Source: Monocercomonoides exilis PA203
Taxonomy: Eukaryota > Protista > Preaxostyla
Length of the DNA: 64,000 bases
Reading direction: 5' to 3'
NCBI GenBank assembly: GCA_001643675.2
Contig: LSRY02000051.1
Location: 575,646 to 639,645 of the forward strand
Of the stretch, positions 47,601-56,211 are shown piece after piece; within the stretch, counting starts at the first letter, position 1, and the number at the start of each line of letters is the position of its first letter. The notes below the pieces were generated by a model. The model made no database searches. It was not told where the DNA came from and was given only the letters and a program-made list of their open reading frames with translations. The position numbers and the translations under genes were made by a program.

Positions 47601-48620
47601 AACAGCACTCACTCCCATCATCGCCTTTACTCGCTCTTTCTCACCGATGCCTGCTATTGTCTGCGACCGCCGCGTACGCCTCATTCGGAATACATTCCAA
47701 ATGATGTCTTCGTTCTCTATCTTCATTGGCTCATTGTTTGTGGATGGAACACTGTCATTCTGTTTTTCTGATATTACTGAACTTTGCAATGGAGTTTGTT
47801 TATCAGATGTGGCATTTTCAGTAGAAGATGCTGTCGCTTCTTCTTTTTTTGATGAACCATTTTCTATTTTAGTATTTCCATTAATATCATTTAAAGGAGC
47901 AGTCTGTTGAGGCTTGCTCTCTGGCTTTGGTGCTTCTTCCTTAGAAATCACAATGTTATCTGTAATATTTGATTCCTTATTTTCAACTGAATCTTTCAAT
48001 TGATTATCTTGTTGAGGTATCTTCGAAGGCAAATTTTCACCAAGGCGATTAATGCATTCATTAGAATCTTTTTCAACATTATCACTGGACTGCTTAACCA
48101 TTATTTCTTTGTAATCCAGAACTTCTCCAGAAGTACGCTCATTTTCTTTTTTTGTTAATTCAACATTCTCTTTACGACTTTCTTGAATTTTTGATCCATT
48201 TTCTTTTTCTGTACTTGTTTCTTTTTTTAGAAGACGCTTTGCTGCAGGAGTTTTTCGTACGTTCAATCTATTAAGTTTTTCTCGAGCTCGTGTAGCATTT
48301 CTTTCATCTTTCTTTTTCTGCATTTCTTGCAACAACTGGTTTTTCCGTTTTTCGACTTTAGTCTGAAAAGCAACTTCAGCTTTTTGTTTCTCAAGGTTCA
48401 GCTTTAATCGCCGTTTTCGCTCTGTTTTTTCCCATTGCTTTTTCAAATCTGCCGGGGCAGGTCGAAGAATTGAATACTGCATATATGGCATGGTTGCTTC
48501 AGGGAATGGCAAATAAATAAATGTATCGACGAATGGGGAGCTTGATGAAAGCATGTCCCATTTCGGCAGACCTTTCAGCATACACGATTGAATACTTGAA
48601 ATAAATAAATAACAATTCAT
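38691..48620 (-). CDS. Very large low-complexity protein with C-terminal CABLES-type cyclin box (5' end probably extends through a short intron)
   Basis: SLTAHKIAKMKEKI...LDISTLSLALVYFESL...NNKNVKQAAAACVFLAAKFNE matches the CABLES1/2 cyclin-like domain; the rest is S/H/K/E-rich. Confidence 0.75.
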   Translation of the reverse strand: MNCYLFISSIQSCMLKGLPKWDMLSSSSPFVDTFIYLPFPEATMPYMQYSILRPAPADLKKQWEKTERKRRLKLNLEKQKAEVAFQTKVEKRKNQLLQEMQKKKDERNATRAREKLNRLNVRKTPAAKRLLKKETSTEKENGSKIQESRKENVELTKKENERTSGEVLDYKEIMVKQSSDNVEKDSNECINRLGENLPSKIPQQDNQLKDSVENKESNITDNIVISKEEAPKPESKPQQTAPLNDINGNTKIENGSSKKEEATASSTENATSDKQTPLQSSVISEKQNDSVPSTNNEPMKIENEDIIWNVFRMRRTRRSQTIAGIGEKERVKAMMGVSAVEAERQRDAENNEMDGENSGKKKKNGRVGNNGADYSARTGVFEMRRRGRELALEREKEKEEKEKQKERQKEKEQENSANKDTQSTEASDSSLRSTTSPFKKTSSSELSQSCPQPSQSTPPIPPPPLLSYELGYSPPPVSTASSVLSTPDTPHPPLSVSAPVSLNTNKMIGTNNSSSSSSSSSSSSSSSSGHSKLYRSSHLTYSSSSQSEEKPTVITAQPDIIVPDPKHYVEVSHFYQDSSPNVQMLHPHTNIDQHSSVSPSHSQVLPSADPLDTPKFCKDSLSPSAPQPPRSSSPSFLHLIHTSSSSASHLDHSPNKHSPPSSHHSPEHIPQPSYTAPPEHKGYFPVPPAPLSEVLPQTLPSQLSPSPSPSPSAFAEYNADERSLHFSSLSPSSSPSAAAALTSTATITTPQASSNSSASSSSSSSSSESKDKDKDKLVTVPFSLTRSLTETASIFRDPSISTASERNPFLPPANELKSSSAHRLSPLAQYEQMAGSSPHKLPFDYLPSSAPSTLRTQTLPVVPAGHSNLSSSHSFTHSKAISPLLMNCMSPPQQADNFLRSSSPPPHPLPPTIRKHSTSISSHSPPFTFNLPSVANNQSLNLHFEPISSHTAGHASSRGKHEHHNHHSSQTNKPSDASSPSSSTASKGMTIENFANIQFCHLSPPASSFSSSHSVADYPPPSASVTLDNRRPHRHQHRNTLYSKETQPHSHSHSHSHSRRVRRTQSVSVSSVAASSANITSDAPFLPSSDVLSVGRAMSVCEQNENQQIEKTGSSSNIFHPLVNTPSRAVASDSSLFPLPHSHQHQHQNQRQQLHQPLQTTSFLSPSPSPSSSAYSSGSSASSSFPHHHRTHHSYSQADAHRHRHTHSTHTATLSNVNPFVASSSSSNSSSSSSPSSSSSSHQTPSHNTPTAQMMHHFNSLISSLPSKYHPRSVHSSPRSEKSAQNRKSNANNGTNGIQQKNIEISINSNASSSPSSLDSTNNVISSSSSSSSSSSSSAPHPSSSAESAGDAEDGDGSIACPLAVGGGNTAISSISVTTCTAGGKEKEKQMKREEGEEKEKNEKNEMLKGKEEGEKDVSGVEAKEGVSVNEKSIGNDNVLSANKEAKNDKDVSTKKNKSINQKEDEVKEEAEDKANEEENIPKRKKKKKKKKRRTGKEIRKRQKEMERQRRRKKHHKTKKGKDEGGNAMNDKDEGEKEGAKEEEKGKATFSGSNSPSKEDSKEATAHASTKQERKQKQKKKELKGKRRRKHRKAKNRQKSHLESESPKRNVSVSTSSASSSKHNSVSSSKKDDDSSSDTTTLTLSSTSSDESASLSSFSSSSSNNNNNNDDNNNASSPSSPSTLVSLSSSSTHSSSSSSSSSSSLCSFSSYLSVSHSTDRARSSSQHSHRHRHSSVHRHRHNTQSTSRSNRSRTTYHSASNSYSSTTSSSSSSSSSPPSFSSNSSSFSSKYSRSRSNSPSNTKRSHSHSHSRSRSHSHSHSTSPSSSSSSFSSRATTHHSSSCASFGSMMFPVSPSATPPMMPHVFRRHRSSSSSTSSESHSPTSSRSRFASSSIHSVMSPTPSLGSSTSSSPTIANQPQLPQSSDSHSDIFLAPASPPSGVHVQPMLSPASSPASMFSSSLSPPVTPTPFSHSSDVYSSLQNEEAALFPALLTSVVVRLETEKKDDDERGKEEEKGAEKGEDKFASENEDEEERDREREREREREERREEEAIAAYSISQHFATKVHTQFQVGVNSPNIKRRKRSHSNEKKEEKKKHRQHRETAHQRKRTRGRSEKRESERERESETEKEKKTEDESEIETTVSVSDSQTSTNSESSSSSSSKSKTRQKSKSRSASNKYSSTEGSNKRRNKRKKKKEREASSSSTSSSSSSDSSASSSSSSSSKSSEKKKRSNKHSTHRRRHKHTSAKTRHSNASDSRERRSYSKSVKDDDDSDDSRNAKEEDSDDDEKEGKKSIRIVVDANESAKEEVFEEPRKSTQTNTSSSDKKGSVIVFSLEKAIQNEQRERSSNEKITTERDKAHHKTESADQKNEEWDSNVDEREVEETEEDSTQKQMDDFSSSSVKADGTIETDAEEEEDDYFDGVDEEELMEQALRSVLLEEKKKASKEIAESASLSGRWNGEQFIPGWCVKDKYNDGIESIAPALKSRSNSFQKNRDQSEDNSGRSTSSTLHLSSSSDSASDSSITAAAESDGQISMSTIELPSSDITTSEGTDQAHRWSDTEFQDGGLLTKEKRRLRKMERRRKVVERERRRALKRERKKLRAQKKKQRAYNAAEFENGVMLNSDSDIQRRIISNPSPGTKESQVENSNEDEMSSESFEALMKEDEEDGCNREFAQIKSALRFSMKVNNDVVAASVQMWIINEMLEKEINDVAQVERLWKRNDKTDKEKAKETSKDRERDQENERGTQQDRSKEGKGRGRYQRKRRGGLRYDPYGRAMNFNLTANGYFGGREMNWVRQDKRYNQTGYPMMSGPGRFYSPFAHQMNQPASLNVSFSKGTYPLTVSTFHPSLLPTISDPLHPLFSPAYSNPSPTLPLVSWNKSWFEFMMSPEHQKTMVNPYNPSHMRIASASSKQWMRKMLSRGGVSYALLLIAPVFTRNSAVVAATEMESSMKMSLRQQQNKERSQMFYPFESPSQFSSSFYADERYSSGSELLSYRGFTPIDSPFAYDSAFSGGFAPLPPSFCGVEPSMHCDCASVLPQQFQFESSSLSILPHAGKEKHNKLMHSRFPHLPQSLTAHKIAKMKEKILKLTSVLDISTLSLALVYFESLIEPRFGIPTRQLESITSFSPLRFPSSHSVTSPVEGSSSMHVFLNPSDGKTSSPSTLATLNPPFSLVWPILPSYVNNKNVKQAAAACVFLAAKFNEGTKSAVIAATQPIAHAFKVSVSQMIDVELSVAECLGFNMLRSDQEVLQQMSLFLRATGERAISYYDLSVYTRFYLWGYQHNGPVEEEWMEEEREKERFQKSKKWM

Positions 48621-48845
48621 TTATAAACAAAAAATTTTCAAAAAATTACTTATCAAACTTTGTGCTAGCTTGGAAACGATAATTTAATACTCTTGCAAAT
48701 CAGTAAAATGATTTATGGGAAACCTCAAATCATTGTTTTTTGAAAATCATCAAAGCTGCAAAAACCCTATCACTAGGTCTTCATTCATTTTAATTTGTTT
48801 TTTCATTTGATAAAATGACCCATTTCATAAAGAAAATTTATATGA

Positions 48846-51800
48846 ATGAGAGAAAATAAAGAAAAGAAATGGCTTAATGCATTAATACAGAAAGGTACAA
48901 TAACAGATAAACTATCTGGATTAACTATTCTTGGACAGTCCGCTCGTGATGATGAAGAAGGTGCAAAGGCTGTCAAACAACTTATTTCAATGATGAAACG
49001 AACAGATAGAAGGATCAGTGGAATGGCTATGCAAAATCTTCTGCAATTATTTCAAGTGAATCTTCTTCCAAAGAACAAAGAACTTTCTGTAGATGATCCA
49101 AAAGATGCTATGATAAAAGAACTTTATGCATCATTTATTCGTGCTGTCAGCGAGAAAGCCAAAGACACTGTTCTTAATTCCAAAAACCATGCTATAAAAA
49201 CATTAAGTGAGATGGCCATCATGCCTGAGCAGCGTCTTTCTGTCTTGTCAGAACTCGTTAACAAACTCGGAGATAATGTGAAAAGTGCTGCTTCACTGAC
49301 TTCGCATCTCATTATTATTTTATCAAAACGAAGGCCCGCTATAAAGCTATTGATTGTGGAGGAAATAGAAAGGTTGGTTTATCGTCCAAATATTTCTCAA
49401 AGAGCTCAATTCTACGGAATTGTGGCATTGAATGGATTCACATTAGATCCTGCTAAAGATGCTTCAGTTGCGAATCAAATGCTTAAATTGTATTTTTCGC
49501 TGTTTGACGACATTTTCAAAAGAAATGAAGCGCGCCATGCTGCAAAGCTTGAAGAATCAAAGAAGAAGAAAAAGAATCGCTGGTCACAAACGAAGGAACA
49601 CGGAAAGAGAGGAAGAAAAGGAAAACTACTACAGAAAAAGAAGGAGATGCTCGACGAAGCAGAATCCACAGAACAGCGCCTTCTGTTTGCGGTACTGAGT
49701 GGAATAGGACGTGTGATGAACATCGCTGGAGCTGAAAATGCAGCTAAGTTTGAGTCACATCTTAATTCGCTCTTTCGTGCATCTCATTCGCATTCATTCG
49801 CTTCATCGCTTCGTGCAATGCTTCTGCTGCATCGCCTGCTGAGCGTTCAGGGCATCCTTCCAGACAGATATTACAACGCGTTGTACGAAAAGCTCTCCGA
49901 CCCAGAGATGCTCGTGGAGAAAAGCCAGCATCCTCTCTTTTGGGTTTGGTATTCAAATCTTTAGAGGCGGATAGTGTGGATGAGAGGGTGTGCGCCTTCA
50001 TCAAGCGGTTGCTGGGTGTATGCTTAGTGGCTCAACCTTCGTTTGTGTGCGCCTCGCTAATGGTTGTGGGAGAGCTGTGCTGCAAAAGGAAGGCGCTGCT
50101 GCACACGATGGTGTGCGAAGAGACAGCAACAACAATCAATCCTGCACTGATGCCCCATGCCATTGCTCAATCGTTGCTCAATAAACAAGGATCACAAGCG
50201 AATGGATTAAAGATGAATATGAAAGGAATGATGATTGTTAATCCCAAGTTCCTGAGGAGAGACGGAGATGCAGAAAGTGGGAACAAAACAGAGGAAAAGT
50301 GGAAACTGTTGAAAAGCAAAGAAGAACTCGAGAAAGAAAAGCAGGAGAAGAAGAAAGAATGGATCGAGAAATTGTATGGGAAGAAAGTGAAAGATGAAGG
50401 CAGTGATGCTGAAGAGCCAAAGATGACCTCCTTCGCTGCTCCATCAGCACCTTTGGCATCATCATCAGCGTTGCTTGCTTTGGACGATGATGAAGATGAG
50501 CACTTTGTTGATGCACCAGACATTGATGAAGAAGATATAGAAGCCGAAATCAAGAAAAGAGAGGAAGCAGCGAGTGAAGGTTCATCTGGACAAACAATCT
50601 GTCCAAATTCAGAAATGAAAGCAGAAAAATGTGACTGTGGGCCTCTTCCTTCATCATCATCATCATCATCTTCTTCTTCTTCTTCTTCCTCTTCATCTTC
50701 TGGAAAGTTGCCAACCAATCCGCTCATTTCAGCAGGTGGGTCTTCCGTTTACAATCCCTTCAAATTCAATCCTCGTTTTTCGCATGCTGATTTGTCTGCT
50801 TTCTGGGAGCTACAGATGCTTTCACTCCATTATCACCCATCAGTCGCGTTTCTGGCTAACAAAATTCTTCGAATGGGAAAACATTTGAAGAAGAAATACG
50901 ATGAGCTCAGAAAGAAATCTGGCTTGATTGAAGAAGAAGAGGAGGAAAAGAAAGAGAAAAAAGAGAAAGAGAAAGAAGAAGCTGAAACCGAAGCGGAAGA
51001 AGAGTCGTGGGAAGTGCATTATGCAGGCGATCCATTTTATGATTTTTCGCTAACTGCATTTTTGACAAGGTTTGCTTTCAAACGTCCGAAGATGACAAAA
51101 GAGCAGATGGTTGAAAAAGAAAAAGAGCAGAAGATGATGCGAAAGAAAGCGTTGATGGAAAGCAGGAAAGGAGAAAGAGAAGAATACGAAGATAGCAGTG
51201 CAGAGGAAGAAGAAGACGAAGAAGATGAGAAAGAGAAGAAGCAGATGCAAGGCGACGATGATGCTGCATTCAAAGCATCTGACCTCCTGCCTCCTTCTTC
51301 TACCAGCACAAAAGAAGCCTTTTCATCTTCGTTATATCGGATGGGTTCTGTTGCCTTTGCTGAGCAAAAAGAAGAGAACATCGCTCCACATGAACGCTTC
51401 TTCTTCAAATACTTCTCTGGAAATCCAGCTGTATCAAAGAAGAAGATGAAGCAGGAGGAGAAGAGGAAGGAGAAAGAGAAAGAGAAGCGGAGGTCAGAGA
51501 AGATGAAAGAAAGAGGCGAGGAAGACGATGGATTCCCGGGCTTTGGCGACTCAGAGGAAAGCGAGAATGGATTTGAAGACGATGAGTTGGATGACTATTT
51601 GATTAAACTCGAGGAGCAAGCACTTAACAAAAAGAAGGACAAATCCCAAGATGATGACGACGACGAAGGAAGCGATGGCGAAGAAGGAGAAGGCAAAGGA
51701 AAGAAGAAGAGAAAGTTTGATGTGGATGAAGATGAAGATTCAGAACTGGAGGAAGCACTGAAAAGAGAATTTGCGAATGATAGCGATGACGAGGAGGAGG

Positions 51801-52387
51801 AAGATGAAGGAAACGAAGAGGATGAAGAGGATGAAGATGGTGTTCATGTGGAGGATCCATTTGGAGAAATGAAAAAATCGAAGAAGAAGAAGAGATTCGA
51901 AGAAGAAGAAGATGAGGATGAGGATGAAAGCGAAGAAATGGAAGGGATGGACGATGAGATGGAAGATGACTATGATGATTACGACAATCTGGAAGACGAT
52001 GAAAGCCTGAATGACATGGAAGATGAGGTGTGGAGCGAGTCAGATGAAGAAGTGAAACAGATAGAAGAGGAAGAAAAACGAAAACGAAAAGGAGGAAGAA
52101 GCAAGGAATATAACGAAGATGGGTATGGAAGAGAGGAAAGAACAGTGAAGAGAAGGAAAATGGATGATGATGATGCACAGTTTGACAGGAAGGAGAGCAG
52201 AATATTGAAAAAGAAGTTGCCATCACTAGTGTCGGCAGATGATCTGGATGATCTTGTGGAAAGCACACTTCACGAAGAGAAGATTAGACAGGAGAAGAGA
52301 ATGAGAGAAAGAGAGAGAAAGCAGGGTGGAAAAGCCACTTCATTTCCGATGAAGCCAAAAGGAAGAGTGGGAAAGAGGATGCACTAA
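48846..52387 (+). CDS. NOC1: Ribosome biogenesis factor NOC1/MAK21/CEBPZ; one frameshift near 49940
   Basis: GTITDKLSGLT, LVNKLGD, RAQFYG, DRYYNALYEKL, LVFKSLEAD..ERVCAFIKRLL, YNPFKFNPRFSHA..FWEL..HYHPSV, DFSLTAFLTRF. Adding one T at 49938-49941 joins the two ORFs. Confidence 0.9.
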
Positions 52388-52629
52388 AAGGTTAATTGCA
52401 AAAAAAGAAGAAAAAAAATATTTCTTGCACTTCACCCCCTTTTTTAATTCGTAAAATAAAAACACTTCATTACATATAAAAGAACTGAATAAAGTTAAAA
52501 TTTGTGAAATGATTATTTTTTTTAGTAAAGAAACACTCCATTTCCCCCTTTCCAAACGATACAACATAAATGCAAACAGGAACAAAGTGAAGTGAATTAT
52601 TCGAAGTGATTAGTATCCCTGCCTCATCC

Positions 52630-54116
52630 TCACAGTCTATGCGGATGCTCCTTTGCATGGACATAAGAGGAGAAAGATGTCGACTGGCAGAAAGATGAAA
52701 TGGATCGGAGCTTTTCATCCTGCACGAGTGTTGCGAGGATCTGGTTGTCAAATATCTTTCGCTCAATCCACTCAATCACAGCACCAAACAGAATGAAGAT
52801 GGCAATGTACTGTATCCACGCAAACTTCAGTACTTCAAATAAAGATGGAGTGTAGCTAGAAAGCACATTGAGTCGATGAATACAAGATTTTGATTTATGA
52901 AATGCAAAAGAAAGGTTTGATGAGAGGAAATTTTTAAGAAAAATCGAAAAAAAAAAAACGTTACAAAAATGACAAAGGAAATATTAGAAACACTAACCGC
53001 ACTTTCTGTGGGACAATGTTTATTACCAGATGGATGTCGAAGCATGACGTGCTTGCTGCTGGAAGCCATTCAGGAGGATAAGGAGAAGACAGCACAGCGG
53101 ATTCTGAATGAATTTTTAAATTAAGTTGAAAAGCAGTTGTCATTACAATATGAAAAAGAAATTAGAAAAATGGAAAAGAACATGCCATCATCAGTAACCA
53201 CTCGATGTACAAAATACTCAGTTGTCATGTTCTTGAATGGAATAACAAGCTAAAAAATACAAAATTTGCATTTTGAGAGATAAAAAATGATTTTTCCATA
53301 AAAAATTCACAATCAAAAGATATCAAACTGAAGTATTGAGAAGCAGTGGGACCTTCAATAATGGACGCATTCGAAGTGGTCTGTTTTGGGATAAAACAAT
53401 TTTTCCCTTAAAATGAGCGCGAAATATTTTCAGAAATGCAATGGAGCAATTGTAAAATCACACCTCTGAAACAAGTGCATTTCCTCCAACAGAACCAATA
53501 TGAGACAGGTACACAAAGGATTCCAATGTCAATGGAATTGGATCCTATCATGATAATTTTCACGTTATAAATAGTAAACAAAACATATTCAAAAAGAATT
53601 TCTGCACAATCCATACAATTAGCTGGTATTGAGGAAAATACATGAATTTGGCCGAAATGATTGTGTCGGCTGTCTGAAGGCAAGACCTCACATTCAAAGT
53701 TATTTGATTAGCTCTTCCATCTTTGTTGAAATCCTCAACCTTCTCTTTAAAAGTGGTGGTCATATCGTTTGTTCCAAGTATTTTTTGCACGGCTAATATG
53801 CTGCTGTCTGTGTGGTCACCAGAAACACCACCAAGCGAAATAATAAATTTTCCAGTTGATGTCACATGTGGACGTTCAGTGTATTCACGCTCACGAACCC
53901 AAAATGCTAAAATAATAATTGCACGCAATGAGAGTTAAGATATTTAAAAATGCAACAGGCGCGATAGAGCAAAGACAAACAATGTGTTGCAAAGCAGACA
54001 ACAAATGGGAGCACTATTTTGCATATTAAAAAAAATAGATCGATTAGACCTATCAATGAAAATCGTCCAGCAATAAATTGGCGATAAACTGGCCTTCGAA
54101 AGATTGGGCCAGACAT
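52630..54116 (-). CDS. TMEM231: Ciliary transition-zone protein TMEM231, multi-exon
   Basis: IFRRPVYRQFIAG..., FWVREREYTERPHV, EDFNKDGRAN, YTPSLFEVLKFAWIQY. Confidence 0.85.
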
Positions 54117-54308
54117 TTTTTTCAAAAACAAATATTTATCAAATAAATATGGGAAATGATTTCACAAACATTCGTGAAGGTAAAATTTATTGTTAAAAAT
54201 CGAATCATTTGCATCTGCGTTAATGCATACAAAAACGGAAAACAAAAATGAGGGTGATTTCGAAGTGAAGATAAATGAAATGATTTAATGACAAGGAAAA
54301 GAAAAAAC

Positions 54309-54809
54309 TTATGAAGAAAATTCTTTCATAATTTTTGAATCAAACAACGCATTTTTAATAGGCTGGTTAAAAGCATAAAACGGGTTTTTGCAGACATAAT
54401 CAGAAAACAGAACATAAACTCTAGCTAACATTTTTTGCACATTTGGTGTTCCAAGTTCTGTGATTGCAAGGAATTTAATTCCTGTTGGGCTTTTTAAGCA
54501 TTGAATGGTAAAATTATCAGTTTCAATAGATTCAATTCCAGACGAGGCATGAGGAATTGGAGATAATTCAGCGGATATTGCATATTGACTGTGAAAGAAG
54601 CCTGCAAGCTGGAGGGCACTGTCTTCATTTGCTAATTTGCAATCCGGAGCAAGGTCCTGGAATAACGCATTTATAACGTCCAAAGAATCAAATAATTAAT
54701 CAATTAAATAATTTCAACATAACAAAATAAAACTTTACAAAACTTTCTTGTATATTAAACCTCCACTGGGGGAGATAATCCATAGACTTAGAAGGCCAGT
54801 TTTGGACAT
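54309..54809 (-). CDS. TRAPPC4: TRAPP complex subunit 4 (Trs23/synbindin, longin fold), 2 exons
   Basis: MSKTGLLSLWIISPSGGLIYKK|...LAGFFHSQYAISAELSP..SSGIE..TGIKFL..YVLFSDYVCKNPFY. Confidence 0.88.
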
Positions 54810-54989
54810 CACTGCACCAAAAAAATGAAAATGAAATTCTTTGGATTTCAATATGGGTAAAACTATCTGAAATATTGGAACAAAAATTCATCATTCACGC
54901 TTGTGGCAAGAACATGAACATTATGATATTATTAAGCAATTAATAAGATCCTTCCCAGTATAGAATATGAACAAAAAGAAACTCAAAAA

Positions 54990-55682
54990 ATGAGCGATGA
55001 AAATACGGACACAGGAAAGTTTGAAATGCTTACAAATTCGACAGTTATAAGGGTTGCTAGAGAAACAGCGTGTTCAGAAGATCCAAATGTTAGAATGGCG
55101 GGACCAGCAGTTATGCTTTTGAATAAAGCTGCAACAACATTTATTCATTATCTGACGGCAACTGCACAAGAAATCACTGCTAAAAAAGGAAGAAGCACCA
55201 TGGGCTACACAGATATTGTGGAGGCGATAGGAGAGATGGGAATGACACATCTGCTCGATGAATTACAGCCATTTATTCAAGGTTTATCTTTTTTGTTTTT
55301 CGTGCTCATAATTTTTCCGATTTGTTGCTTACTACATTAAAAAGAAATCGTTGAATCAAAAAGAAAGCCAAACCCAACATCACCCCCTCTTTCACCAACC
55401 ATCCCTTCATTCGATAATGCTGAAAACGAACAAGAGCAACCAACTGTCGAACAGCAGGAGCCAATCGAAGAAGCAACAGAAAATTCATCTATACCTGAAA
55501 TTCTTTCAGAAGAAATAGATCCGGTAGACGTTGATGCGGGAGTGGCGGGTGATGATAATGAAGAAGAAGAAAATCAAGAGGATCTTGAAAAGGAGTTTAA
55601 TGAAGAAGATGACGAAGGAAAGTCAAACGAACTTGCGTTGAATGTTGAACGCATAATACAAAACGAAATATTAAAATCTTAA
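54990..55682 (+). CDS. Histone-fold protein, POLE3/DPB4/CHRAC17-like (NF-YB family), 2 exons, acidic tail
   Basis: STVIRVARE...KAATTFIHYLTATAQE..KKGRSTM.YTDIVEAIGEMG histone fold; second exon ends TAA at 55680-55682. Confidence 0.75.
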
Positions 55683-56211
55683 GAAATGCTTTGTTTTATT
55701 TTAAAATTTATAAATGAAATATAAATATTTTCGAAATGCTTGAATTGGTTTTTTTCAATAATGCGTGATCGCAACAAAATAATAAATAACAAATAATAGA
55801 TGTGCTTTGAAATTTGCATAAATCGAAGTCACATTTTCTGTACACTCAACGAGCAAGATGTTGAATGACTAAATTACATAAAAATAACACGAAGAAAAAG
55901 AATAAAAATAAAATGATTATTCTCTATCTGAAATATTTGATTAAACCTCTTGAAGTTCGCTTTTTGTACATAATTTTGTGGCCGCACTCTTTGCAAGACA
56001 CAGGCTGACCTAAAGGAACATATGTTTCCACACCGCAATCTTGAATGAGAAACAAATAATATCAACAAAAATATAACAATCAAATCAATGCTGCATTAAT
56101 AAACCTCCACAAATATATGGTACAGATTTTTTCTCTGCTGGTTGAGCTGGTTGTGCAGATTGCATTTGTTATTTAAATCACTATGGGAACGAATATTGAA
56201 AAATATAAAGT

